From NCBI GenBank assembly GCA_964106915.2, contig OZ066920.1: a DNA stretch of 64,000 bases; one strand, given 5' to 3'. Numbering within the stretch: position 1 is the stretch's first letter; every line of letters starts with the position of its first letter. The position numbers and the translations under genes were made by a program. The notes beneath the pieces are model-generated. The model was not told the origin of the DNA. It ran no database searches and worked only from the letters and a program-made list of their open reading frames with translations. This document shows, piece after piece, positions 47,921 through 59,467 of the stretch. The DNA is from Podarcis gaigeae (taxonomy: Eukaryota).

Positions 47921-50003
47921 CAGAGAAGCTGGCCGTTTCATCCTTCAGCTAATGCACTATTAAATGAGTTTTGGAACAATAAATATCTCAATGCAGAGGA
48001 TATTTGTAAATACATTTTTAATGCACACTAGAGACTTTTCAAGCTTGATAACTTTTAGGAAAATATACTGTTTTAAATTATGGTGCTTTCAGGCTCATAA
48101 AACTATTTTGAGGTAATGATGACCATGAGAGTAAGTAACAATCTTTGAAAGTTAGTTTTGGGTGTCTAATGGCAGAACAACAGTACCATATATTCCAATC
48201 AAGTGCCAGATTATTGGGACAAAATGCTCTTTTTCTGTCTCTTTCTGGTGAACTGATTTTTGTTTTGCCCTTTCTTTCAGTGTCCTTGAAGAAAAAGGAA
48301 AGGGGTTGAAAAAGTCCCTGTTGACACACTTATCAGTATGTGCAGCACTGTGGCTGCATCAGTTATAAAGAAAGTCTGATACCAGGCTTGCAAAGAATAC
48401 TCAAAACTATCTGTTTAACTTTGGTATATTTTGTTCTGATGGCCCCAGAGAATAAGCAGTAGAAGAACAAATAGGCAAGCTATTATAATTTACCGGGCCA
48501 ACAACAGTGGCTTAAAGAGTATGCAGTTTCTGGTTCACATAATTCTGTCAAGCATCTGCCTGAAGTCGAGTTTTTAACTCAATTGTCTGCATACTCTTTC
48601 AGCGGCATGAGTTCATCCATTAAAAGATAGCATCTTACCTAATGCCACACCATCTATAAGTGATGGCTTAAAAGAGTATTTCGGTGCTCTAGGCCACAGC
48701 TTTTTAAATTGAAAAGAACAGCAGAACGTATCAGTTCTGGAATGTGTCTCTTATTTTGGAAATGATGCCTAGAATCTGCTACCCATAGTCTGCTATTTGT
48801 TATTTTAAGAATTATGTCTGTCTGTCTCCCTCTCTCTCTCTAACACATGTCAAAAAAGCCAAAGATTTAGCCAGCTTAAATTTGCCTGGTCCAGTTTAAC
48901 GTGCTAGTGAATCAGGCATTTAGCATTCTAAATTTAAGCACAATGGAGGAATTTGTGTTTAGGAAATTTAATTAAAGCTAAACAGTTCAAAAGCACAATC
49001 CACTTCAAATTATACCATTTTAAGACTGAATTACTTCAATAGAGAAAGACACCTTAACTTTACCTCAAAATCAACTGTCATGCTGTTTAAATTCTTAGTT
49101 AGGATCCAAACAATCTTTTATGTTTTACTATGTTTTTATATGCACTGTAAGCCACCCAGAGTGGCTGGAGAAACCCAGCCAGATGGATGAGGTATAAGTA
49201 ATAAAATTGTTGTTGTTGTTATCATTACGCCTGCACTAGAACATTTGCTGCATCCCTCTTTCCACACAATATCAGGTACCTTTAATAGGGAGTACTGTGG
49301 GATTTGGTAGATCAGAATTTTTTTTTGGGGGGGGGACTGGTATTTCAACTAGAAGAAAACAACTACAGAGCTCCTGTGAATGCATAGAAGCACTTCAGGA
49401 ATTTGGATAAGGATTTTTTGAATCCCTGCCAGACAAGAACTTTCTATAAAACGTTAAAACTTGCTACTAGCTGTTTCTGTCATTTATAATTAGAAATTAT
49501 AGTAAATGATTCGGGCAGTCTGAAATATTACTTTTTGTTTGAAAAACAGAATCAGAAAAATTGTTAATGATATTACTCTTTTTTTTTAAAAAAGCAACTT
49601 TAATTTTTGTACATGTAAGATTGTGGAAGATATACTGGTATCTTGTTAGGTAAGGTGTTAAAAATACCGAAGTGCAAGTATATTATGAAACTGGGGGAGG
49701 TAAACATTTCAAATTCAGTTTTCATTAACACAAGTTAATGAGGTGAAAAATGTCCTGTCTATTTTTTAAAATGAAAGCAAAAAATGCCTCAGGTAATGTT
49801 GCAGAGTAAGCAACATAAGCCAACTACAATCTCTGCTTCACTTCTATTTCATTAAAATTCCAAGATGTCAGTAGATCTCAGGTTGCTATAGAAAAGACTT
49901 CTCAAGCAACACTGTTTAAAAGGTACTAACAAAGTGTACTTCCCCATAAAACATATCCCCACCCTCCCCCAGCTCTATATATTAATCATGTGTCCAGCTA
50001 GAG

Positions 50004-50138
50004 CAGGCATCCCCAAACATGGCCTCCAGATGTTTTGGGGCTACAACTCCCATCATCCCTAGCTAACAGGACCAGTGGTCAGGGATGATGGGAAGTGTAG
50101 TCCCAAAACATCTGGAAGGCTGAGTTTGGGGGCGCCTG
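50004..50138. mobile_element. hAT-type palindromic MITE (same family as 17638-17776)
   Basis: CAGGCATCCCCAAAC...GTTTGGGGGCGCCTG with 8-bp TSD AGCTAGAG (49996-50003, 50139-50146). Confidence 0.88.
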
Positions 50139-50654
50139 AGCTAGAGGTTTCTTTGAAGTTTTCATGGAAGCAGAGTTCTGACACTGGGAGCTGGTAAAGA
50201 GTGAACACCTTTTTAAAAAGCAAAACCCATCCATTTGTGCATGGAAGGGGTGTTTGCACAACAACCAAGTGTAGCATTATAATAATCAAACTGGGAAATC
50301 CTTGGATATTTCTACTCTCTACCAATACAATAAATAAATCCAAGTTTTCATTCTAACATGTGATTATTGTCAAAGGTAAAATAAAAGGCCCATAGAATTG
50401 ATTAAATTATTTGGCTAAAATGTTCTTCTTGCATGCTTTCTTCAAGCTTTCCTGACCGGTAGATGCAAACTATGGGACTATTTATATGTAATACAGAATA
50501 ATAATAGCAGGAAATAGCATTAGGCAAATTTAACTATTTCACTTTTGTAAAGTGGAGGTGCTGAGGCTTAAATATCAATCTGAATTGATTCTGTTTTGTC
50601 TAAAATGTATTATGATTGTTTCCATTGTTTACTCTTTTACATCTGAATATCTAC

Positions 50655-50771
50655 CTCTCTCTGTCTGGGGAGTTGTGGTCATCCATTATTCGATGTCTAT
50701 CCATTCGGTTCATGGTATTGTAATGTGCAGGAGTAGATCGGGTCCCTCGAGACCCCTGTTCCACATTCCTA
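50655..50771 (-). CDS. RIMS2: RIMS2 exon (S)RNVEQGSRGTRSTPAHYNTMNRMDRHRIMDDHNSPDRE(R); 117 nt or 114 nt via NAGNAG
   Basis: gttttgtttcttcag|tag|GAAT...GAGAG|gtagat, phase 2/2. Matches RIM2 SRNVEQGLRGTR...HYNTISRMDRHRVMDDHYSPDRD. Confidence 0.95.
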
Positions 50772-52174
50772 CTGAAGAAACAAAACCATCAATGTCATGA
50801 AGGCGGAAATGAGCAGTTCTCTTTAAAATGAGCCCTGTTAATGAAAATGTTAGCTGTAACCTTTAACATCCTTGACTCTGACAAAATCTGTTCAAAGCGG
50901 ATATGATTGGTTGCCTATGCATACATCTTATATAAAAATTGGCATGTACTGCCTTCTCGCTGAGGGGAAAAAAATGAAGAAGAAAAAAATCAAACTCAAG
51001 GTAGGGGAGAGGTGGGAAATCTGCTCCAGGAATATTTTCACCCCCTCTGTCATGATCCACAAACAATTCACTGCAATATTTAATTTTACTGCACGTCACT
51101 TAGCCAATGCCATCTAAAAACAAAATGTGAAATCTACATAATTAACATTCCATTTCAGACAAAAGTGTGCAAATTGGAAGTATTTATGCAAAATAACCAA
51201 CATTTGCCAACCAAACACTTATTAAACCTGAAAACCTGGAGACTTATTAGTTATTGTCCATTTCTTGACCATGGTTAAGGCAGGAAGGGAAGGAATGCGC
51301 AATCCTGTGGCTGGTTTCTGATCGCTTAGCCATCATTAAAAGTGCCAGTGTTGCATCTGCACCAGTACTAAGTGTATTATTTTATTTGAATTATACAAAA
51401 TATGATTTAGATGTTTCCTTATGCTGGATATTTTTAAGAGGAGTACACAACACTCAGCTTTTCATATTATCTTTCTCTCCTTTAGCAATGACAGGTGGTT
51501 AAATGCCTGTCAGTTTAAACAATAACCACGGCCATCCCAAATTAAGGAAGCAATTTCTAAATACTCAGGGTACACACTGAGGAAGCATAAGAAAGAAACA
51601 GCCCTGTAGGCATCCAAGACATTCAGAATAGAGATAAGGAAAAGCTAAACTAAGTCATCTCATTGTCAGAAGGGGGAATTTCCAGGTTCACTATGGACCA
51701 CAAATAAGGAACTCATGTCTGCTGCTACCTTTTGGTGTGGGAGTCTCCCACTAAAGCTCTGACCAGACTTGCTTAGCAATAACAAGGTGGTTGCATTATG
51801 TGTCTTCAGATCATGGCTGATTACTAAGAATGGCTTAAGCCTTGAGCAGAAGCAGTCCTGTAAATTTGGATACTTTGTCACTTTTTCCTGATACCCCCCA
51901 TAACACTAGCATCCAGTTTGCCCATGTACAGGAAAAAATAAACTAACTCATTCAGATACTGTACTTCCTAATCTAACTAAATGTGGCTGTGGAATCTATG
52001 GTCAAAGAGGCAGGGTACAGAAGTCTCTCCATATATTGACTTAGCTGCTGTATCACAGAAAGTTTTAGAGGGAAAGTTTCACACAAAATTTGGGGTGGTT
52101 TTGCTTGGAACAATGAAGATAAGTTCAGATACCCAGAAGAGACTCTTCCATTTACATCCCATAGACAAATCTTT

Positions 52175-52310
52175 CAGGGTTTCCCAAACTTGGGTCTCCA
52201 GCTGTTTTTCGACTTCAACTCCCATCATCCCTAGCTAGCAGGTCCAATGGTGAGTGATGATGGGAATTGTAGTCCAAAAATAGCTAGACACACAAGTTTG
52301 GGAAACTCTG
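52175..52310. mobile_element. hAT-type palindromic MITE (third copy)
   Basis: CAGGGTTTCCCAAACTTG...CAAGTTTGGGAAACTCTG with the same CCCATCATCCC/GATGATGGG core. TSD not evident. Confidence 0.8.
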
Positions 52311-53638
52311 TTAATTATATGATATTTTTTTAAGGTGGTTTGGGACCTGAATTTGATTCAAAAGAAGGGCATAAGTAAGTCTAATAAATAATTAAGACTG
52401 CACTCTAGTTTCTTGTGTCTATTAACATTTAGTGTTGCTAGTATGATCTGCGGGGAATTAAGAATAAATTCTTTAACATACAAACATTACTTTCTGTTGA
52501 ATGTGACTGAATGTGATTCTGTTGAATGTGATTTTGCAAGCTTCCAGTTGCTGATATATAATTACAAGTCTCAGTAATTTATGAGTAACTGACTATTTGT
52601 ATCTTTCGCTATTTTTATTGTTAGGTAGAGAGAGAAAAAAAGTATCAGTTTCCATGTTGTGATAGATTGATTTATACTAATAAAAAATGGTTGTGATCAT
52701 GGTCCTCAATAAAGAACTTATTTTCTAGCTTGTATGTTCAATGAACAGAAATCTTCCACCTTAACCATATCTAATATTCCATGACAGGCACAATGGATGC
52801 TAGGGTAGGTAAGGAAGTCTATCAAGATAACCAGCCACCGGTGGTTCTACAGGTTATTAATATTCCAACACAGGTTATTCTTTCCCAAATGAAATATTGC
52901 TATAAGCTTTCAAGAAAAGGTTACAATAATTTTATACATAACATAAAAAACTAGGCTTAAAAATGGATAAATAATAGAGGCTAATATCAATATGAAACTC
53001 CTAACTGCACCGTTGCTCTAAGCTGGAACAGACTGTCCTAAATCTATATTTTACATCAATGAGCTGAAGATTTTTACATAAACATAAGGCCTTTCTTTGC
53101 TGAACAGAATTCAAGTGACATTTTAAATGCTAATATTGCAAAAGTCAGACCATATCTAACAGTTGGGGGAAAATATTATTTCATCAGTTTCATCGGGATA
53201 TGAACCCATATAGGCAGCATAGGATGGCAAATTAGTACAATACATAATCTGTATAAAGCTCAATAGTTACTACATCAGTTGCTAGCAAGGGTGTTTTCTT
53301 AGGAAAAAACACCACAGGGAGGTTTTTGTTTTGTTTTGTTTGAATTGAGGATATAAATGAAAGAGCGATCATTCTTGCTCTGAATGGAAAGAATTACACT
53401 GTATGACTAGTCATTTACAAAGATAAGTGACAAAACAAGAGGTAAATTATTAATAAGTCCATGACTATAAGCAAAAATATCTGTGTTACTACAGAAAAGC
53501 AATTGAATTTTCATTTTCTCTCACCCATTATCTTGAGTTTAAAGGAATAATTTTAGTATCTACATAATTTCATGTCATATTCAAACAAACAAACAAATAA
53601 ACCAACAAACTCAAGCCTAAATCATTACAATAATTTAC

Positions 53639-53795
53639 CTTTGTAGAGGAGGGACACTGGGAGACCATGATCTTGTCCTTCCTATACTGTCTCCACGGTG
53701 AGGGGACCCTGACCGAGAGCAGTGATTGGATGACATCACTTGTTCTGGCACTGATAGTGTTGAGCTTTGAAGATCTCGCCCATTATGTCGGTAAT
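53639..53795 (-). CDS. RIMS2: RIMS2 exon (D)YRHNGRDLQSSTLSVPEQVMSSNHCSRSGSPHRGDSIGRTRSWSPSVPPLQ(S)
   Basis: 157 nt, ccctcccgctcccag|AT...AAAG|gtaaat, phase 1 to 2. Matches RIM2 DYRHDGRDLQSSTLSVPEQVMSSNHCS. Confidence 0.97.
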
Positions 53796-54029
53796 CTGGG
53801 AGCGGGAGGGAAGGTTGAGAGAGCTGAACTAACGGTACAGGTATGGGGACATTTCACTTTTTCTGTTTTGTTAGATTTGTACAGATGGCAGAAAAGTTGC
53901 ACCCTGGAGAAAAGATGTCGTAATATATAACGCTGTCAAATTTTAAAAAATAATTACAGGTAGAATTTATACACCACTTTTCAAATTGCTCACAGTGCTT
54001 CACATGTGCTGCCAAAAGTAAAGACACTC

Positions 54030-55260
54030 ATAAGGGCATAATGAAAGCCAAAGGGACATCTAGTTCAACACCCTGTTTCACACAGTGACCTACCAAGCAC
54101 CTATGGGGAGCCCCAAAGCAGGACAAGGGTAATAGCACTCTCCTACTAATGTTCCCCAGTGAAAATATTCAGAGGTATGCTGCCTTTGTTCCTGGAATAT
54201 CAGAAAAACGAGTAGCCGTTGATATTGTCCATTAATTTCTCTAAACCATTTTAACGACATCAGAGTTAGTGGCCATCATTACATCCTGTGGTAGAAAATT
54301 CCATAGTTTAACTATGTACTCTAAGAATAAATATTTCCCTTTGTCTGTCCTGAATCCCCCATCATTCAGGTTCATTGTATAACTCTGGATTCTAGTACTT
54401 TGAGAAAGGCAGAAAATCTTATCGCTATCCAACTTGTTTGCCCCATGCCCGTTACTTGCTCTTTTTCTAAACTAAACTAAACTAAACTAAACTAAACTAA
54501 ACTAAACTAAAACTCTCTAAAATCTTTTTAGTTTTTCTTTTACTTTTTTTCTAAACTAAAAACTCTCAAAAGTTGTAAGAACTTGTTCTTGACCTTGCTT
54601 TTCCCAGCCTCCCTCCCATTCCTGCTCCTTGTGTGTCATAGCTTTTTAGTTTGTAAATCTGAGAGTGGCCACTCGGGAAGACTTTTTGGCTAAAGGGTAG
54701 GGTGTAAATGCCTTAAATAAGCAAGGAAATAAAATAACATTTCTTATAGAGGACTTGCTCCAGCCCCTTGATTCTGCACCTTTCCCAACTCCACAATATC
54801 CTTGTTGAGATGTAGCAATCTCCGTTTTACAAGTATGGTCATAATATAAACTCGTATAAAGGCATAACAATATTAGCAGTTTTATTTTTAAACCTTTTGA
54901 TACGTTGCTCCCTAACTCGCCTTTTCACAGCTGCCGCTCACTGTGTTGATGTGTCAATTGTGCTATCCCCCATAATCCCAACGTCTCTTTCCTCATCAGT
55001 CACTGCCAGCTCAAACCCCATGTTTTGGGAATTTTTGCCCCAATATGCTTCTCTTTACACTTTCAATGAACTAAATTTGCTTTTTTTAATGCCTATTCAC
55101 CAACTTTGCGAATATTCTTTTGGAGCTTTTCATAACCCCCTTTTGTTTTTATTACCCTGAATAATCTGGTACTGTCAGCAAATTTGGCAACCTCACTCCT
55201 CATCCCTAACTCCAGACCAAGCCCCAATTCAGATATTTGAGGGGTCCTGCTCTTTACACC
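54030..55260 (-). mobile_element. CR1 LINE fragments, interrupted by (CTAAA)n at about 54469-54511
   Basis: FRTDKGKYLF..IVKLWNFLPQDVMMA (54241-54432) and SEVAKFADSTRLFRVIKT (55093-55305) are CR1 ORF2 motifs. Confidence 0.85.
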
Positions 55261-56984
55261 ATGTTCAAAGATTTTCCATAGCCCGGCATTCTTATTGGCT
55301 CTCATTTCAACTCCATGTCAAACTTTTCTTTAAAACAAACAAACAACCAAACAAAACCTTGTTCAGCCCACTGATGACTTTTGTCCTGTTTTCTTGAGCC
55401 ACAGTGACTCCCAAAAATATTCCCTAATGGAATTTCTATATGCATCTCCTCCACTTTTGCCAACAACATGTGGCTTTGGTGCTTATGTTCTATCTGAGTT
55501 TTAAAATAATTTTCTCCTTTCCTCATTTTTAACTTTTCCGCAGGCTCCCTTTGCATATTTTGTCCCTTCCTTAGCCACCATGACTTAGGCCTACTGGTCC
55601 TATAATTTCCCTATTACACTTCCTCTTCCCCCATATAGTTCTGTAGTCCTCAGCATATTTAAACACAGTTCTTCCTGTCCCTATAATTCTGAGTGGTTTT
55701 AATCCCAACCAAACTTTCACTTTTTAAATAAAAGCTGGGCTGTTCATGAACACTGTACAGTACTGTTAAAAGTTTAATTAACTCTGCAGTTGAAATGCCA
55801 CTGAACATTCCATGACATCACAGAATTACCGCTAAGATGGGTGGCAAGATGACATATTCCTAGCCCCATACATCAGCCTTTGCCAACAGAGATTGTTCCA
55901 ATAAACAGTATTGTCTCACTTATTTTGAATCATTTAATTTCCTGTACATCAATATCCACTATGACAATTAAACTAAACATTCAATAGTCAACATAAAAAA
56001 TATGGGGGGGGATTCATGGAGGTTACAGTAAAGTATGAATTCAAATTTTCATTTATCAGGTTTAAAATAAAGTGATCCCTCACTTGGAAAATACTAATTT
56101 GTGGTATGTTACAGCTAATATGCTCATAATGCATTTTCACTCGTTCCATGGGAGAGCCCATTAGCGCTGCTAACACTTAGTATCTTAATTAAAAATCTGG
56201 AAGGCGGGGGGAGGTTGAAAATATGCCCATTCAATGTGCTGATTATATTATACAGGGAGCTATTACAGAGACAAGGGAAGACAGAAAAACCATGAGACAG
56301 CCTTAAGAGAGCTTCAGCCTGTAAAAATGCAACTTGATACATCTAAGGCATAAGAATCAGCAAAATTATTTGCAGGGCAGTAACCATATCCATTACCTTT
56401 AGCAGAAGGAACAGATTTACAGCAGTTACTAAATTTATAGGTTCTCAGTAGCTGTTAAGAATTGATTTTGGAAACTGCCAGTCCAATGATACATTACAAA
56501 CAAAAGCGCTTTAGGTGGGGGCAATTTGGAGCAGAAAAGTAGCAGGAAATACTGCTTCCCTGTTCCATATTGCCTCACTCAAGCCACTTCTCCTGCCATG
56601 GGATTGCAAACTGGAAATATAGCTTTGAAGAGTGATTTGGAGTAGAGAAGCATCAGTCAGGCAAAGAGTCAAGCACTGTCTCTCCCTGCCACATGTAATT
56701 CTGCAAACCTGTCTCGGCCCCAAATGCTTCTGCTAAATCTGGGTATTCTAATGTGAGGTGGGTAAGGATCTGACACAGCAGTGGTGAATTAACATGGAAA
56801 TAGCCCAGCAGACAAGCACTCACTTGTATAAGGTGCAATCTGGTGAAGCAATTGTTTCCTGCATAGCAAAAAATCCTGAACTATATTCCAACATTTTAAA
56901 GTAGACATGGGGGGGGAGAGAAAGAAAACATTTCAAAGCTCTATTATTATCTTGTTCACCTCCTTCTTTCACGTTTAATTTATG

Positions 56985-57495
56985 GCACTCCAAGGAAGAA
57001 CTACAGAGTCTCATCAACCATTTTGTACAGGCATGGGCTCCGTGCATCAGCATTGGTGATCATATGCTTGAGATGGTAGACAATTTTGGTTATGGGTTCC
57101 ACCATAACCAGCAACCTCTTTATCGACACTGAACTGGACAATCATATTGGCAAGGCAGCCACGATAATGGCTCGTCTCTCCAAAAGAGTATGGGAGAATG
57201 TGATGCTAATAACCAATACCAAGATGAAGGTCTACAAGGCTTACATGTTGAGCACACTGCTTTATTGAAGTGAGTCATGGACAACTTAAACCTGCCAGGA
57301 AGAACACCTCAATTCCTTCCATGTGTGCTGCGTCAAGATGATTTGCAGGACAGAGCCCCAAACAAAGATGTGCTGTCCCAATCCCACTTTCCCAGCATGT
57401 TCACACTCCTGTCTCAGTGATGTCTATGCTGGCTTGGTCATATTCACAGAATGGAAGATGGCAGGATCCCCAAGGACATGCTCTATGGGGAATGA
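56985..57495 (+). mobile_element. RTE-clade LINE ORF fragment
   Basis: GSTITSNLFIDTELDNHIGKAATIMARLSKRVWEN..TKMKVYKA..LSTLLY, then WLGHIHRMEDGRIPKDMLYGE, are RTE C-terminal motifs. In-frame stops present. Confidence 0.88.
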
Positions 57496-59398
57496 TCAAT
57501 GATCATGGCCAATGATCACAAATAAGGGAGCTGGAGTCTCCAACAACATTTGGAGAACACAATATTGCCTACCCTTGCCTTTTGGCATGTGCCACCACTC
57601 TAGAAGTCAATCCATCACTTTTAAACTTCCCCTTTTCACATAGCATAGGCCTTTAAATCTCCCCCACCCCCTAAATTACTCCCTTGAGGAATCCCAACAA
57701 TAATTGGGAGTACAGTGAGAAGGGGTATTTATCTCACTTCACCCCATGGCATGTTGTCAGAACCACACCCTGGGCTCAGCTGCAGCCTCTTAGAGGTTTC
57801 TGCAAAGAGTCCTCCTCATGAGGAGGGCTGCTCCTGAATAGTCCTTTACTCACTAGGAGTCCCCTTCTGCAACAAAACACTCCTGACTGTGAGGGTGTCA
57901 GTCTGCCTCTTGAAGCTCCGCCATTCCCAGGGCTTGTTCTGTCTCTGCTTCAGATGCTGAGGTCCCTCTCTGTAGAGAGGGATTCTTGCCAGTTTCCCTT
58001 GAGAGTCCTGGCTCGTCCTCAATTGCTGTTCTGGGCTATTCCTAGGTATCTGGGGGCTCCAAACATTTCGCCAGATCATTCTTGGAGGAGGAGTCATCTG
58101 GTGAGGGCATGGCAGACTACCCACCCATCTACAGAAGGCTATTTAGATTCCAGAGGTCTGGAAGCAAGCTGAGAAATTCCAGCACAGAAAGAAGGAACAA
58201 TGAGGAAACAAATGTTTGTCAGCATCTCTACAAAGAAACTATTTTCAAAGTGCTCTCCTGGCACAAAGACTATTGAATTGAATGTGGTTTGCACTGACAG
58301 AATATTTCTTTATGTAATATTTGCTAAGAAATACAAACTAGATGGGTACAAACTAGATGGGTTTTTCAAACAAATAAAGTATAAAAAAATTAACACATGC
58401 CAATCAGTACTGTATAAAATCCCTCATCCTAAACATCCTAAACTATTTCCTAGAAGAGCTCTCACCTCTAAGCTTTCATGAGTATTTTCTTCTGAGCTGT
58501 TATCTTCTGGACTGAATGTCATACACACATTTCCTCCTTATGGATGATAATGCATATCAAAATATGGCACAGCTATTTGACACTAACAGGGTAAAAGCTG
58601 TCCAGTTTCCCATTTCATGGCAATATGCTACTTTTAGTGAGAATGAATTGCAGATATGGTCACTGTACTACATGAACCCAATTTGAGACTGATTCTGGAA
58701 CTAGCACTCTGTTTTATGACAAAAAGGAACGATGAATAGGTACTTCCCATTCTTTTAACATGATGATTTAGAGACCATTTGTGCAGTGTGCCTAGGTCCT
58801 ATAAACTGATCTGCTTTAAACATGCTACTAAAATCCAAAATGGATGTAACATCTGCTTACTAAATATGCTCAAAAGGAACTGCTAACAATAAAATGTTCT
58901 TTTGCCAAATACCTATATCTCTCTATGATGTACTTAACAAAGCTCAGGCAAAAGTGAAGCTAACAAAATCCCAATAGGGGATGACAGCAGTTATGATGAG
59001 CTGCCTACAACCACTGTGGATAGCATATTTAGTTTGTAGCTGTACTTGCTGTTGGGGCTCCTGCATAAGATAGCAGAGTTGTGCCTTCCTATATTTCAAA
59101 GTGTTAAACTATTTACATGCCAGAAGAGTAGAGGAGGGGGAGGGGACAGAAAAAGCACCTTGAAGTAAAACATACCATGTAATACCTACACTCCTTAGAA
59201 GGAATTAACATTTCTGCCTGTTCAACACTTCTGTTGGGATTCCAGATCCCACTGGCATGCCAAGTTACCTCATGGCATGTCTAAACAAGCAGGAAGGTTT
59301 TTAATTAAAACACAACAATGAAAGAGTAAGTCAATCAACTTATATGACAAATTATAAATATAAACTTTTTCAGTGTTAAAATCTTGTAAATTTGTTAC

Positions 59399-59467
59399 CT
59401 GACACTACTCCTATTCCATCATCACAATCATAGTCTGAGACTTCACTATCACTTATTCGTTTGGACC
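59399..59467 (-). CDS. RIMS2: RIMS2 exon (R)SKRISDSEVSDYDCDDGIGVVS(D), just C-terminal to C2A
   Basis: 69 nt, ctttcttttggcag|GG...TCAG|gtaaca, phase 1/1. Peptide matches RIM2 RSKRISDSEVSDYDCDDGIGVVSD. Confidence 0.97.

Noticed and set aside
48630-48720. Strong donor TAG|gtaaga with several upstream AGs
   Set aside because: Longer forms contain a stop or shift frame; the 15-nt form has only a weak acceptor.
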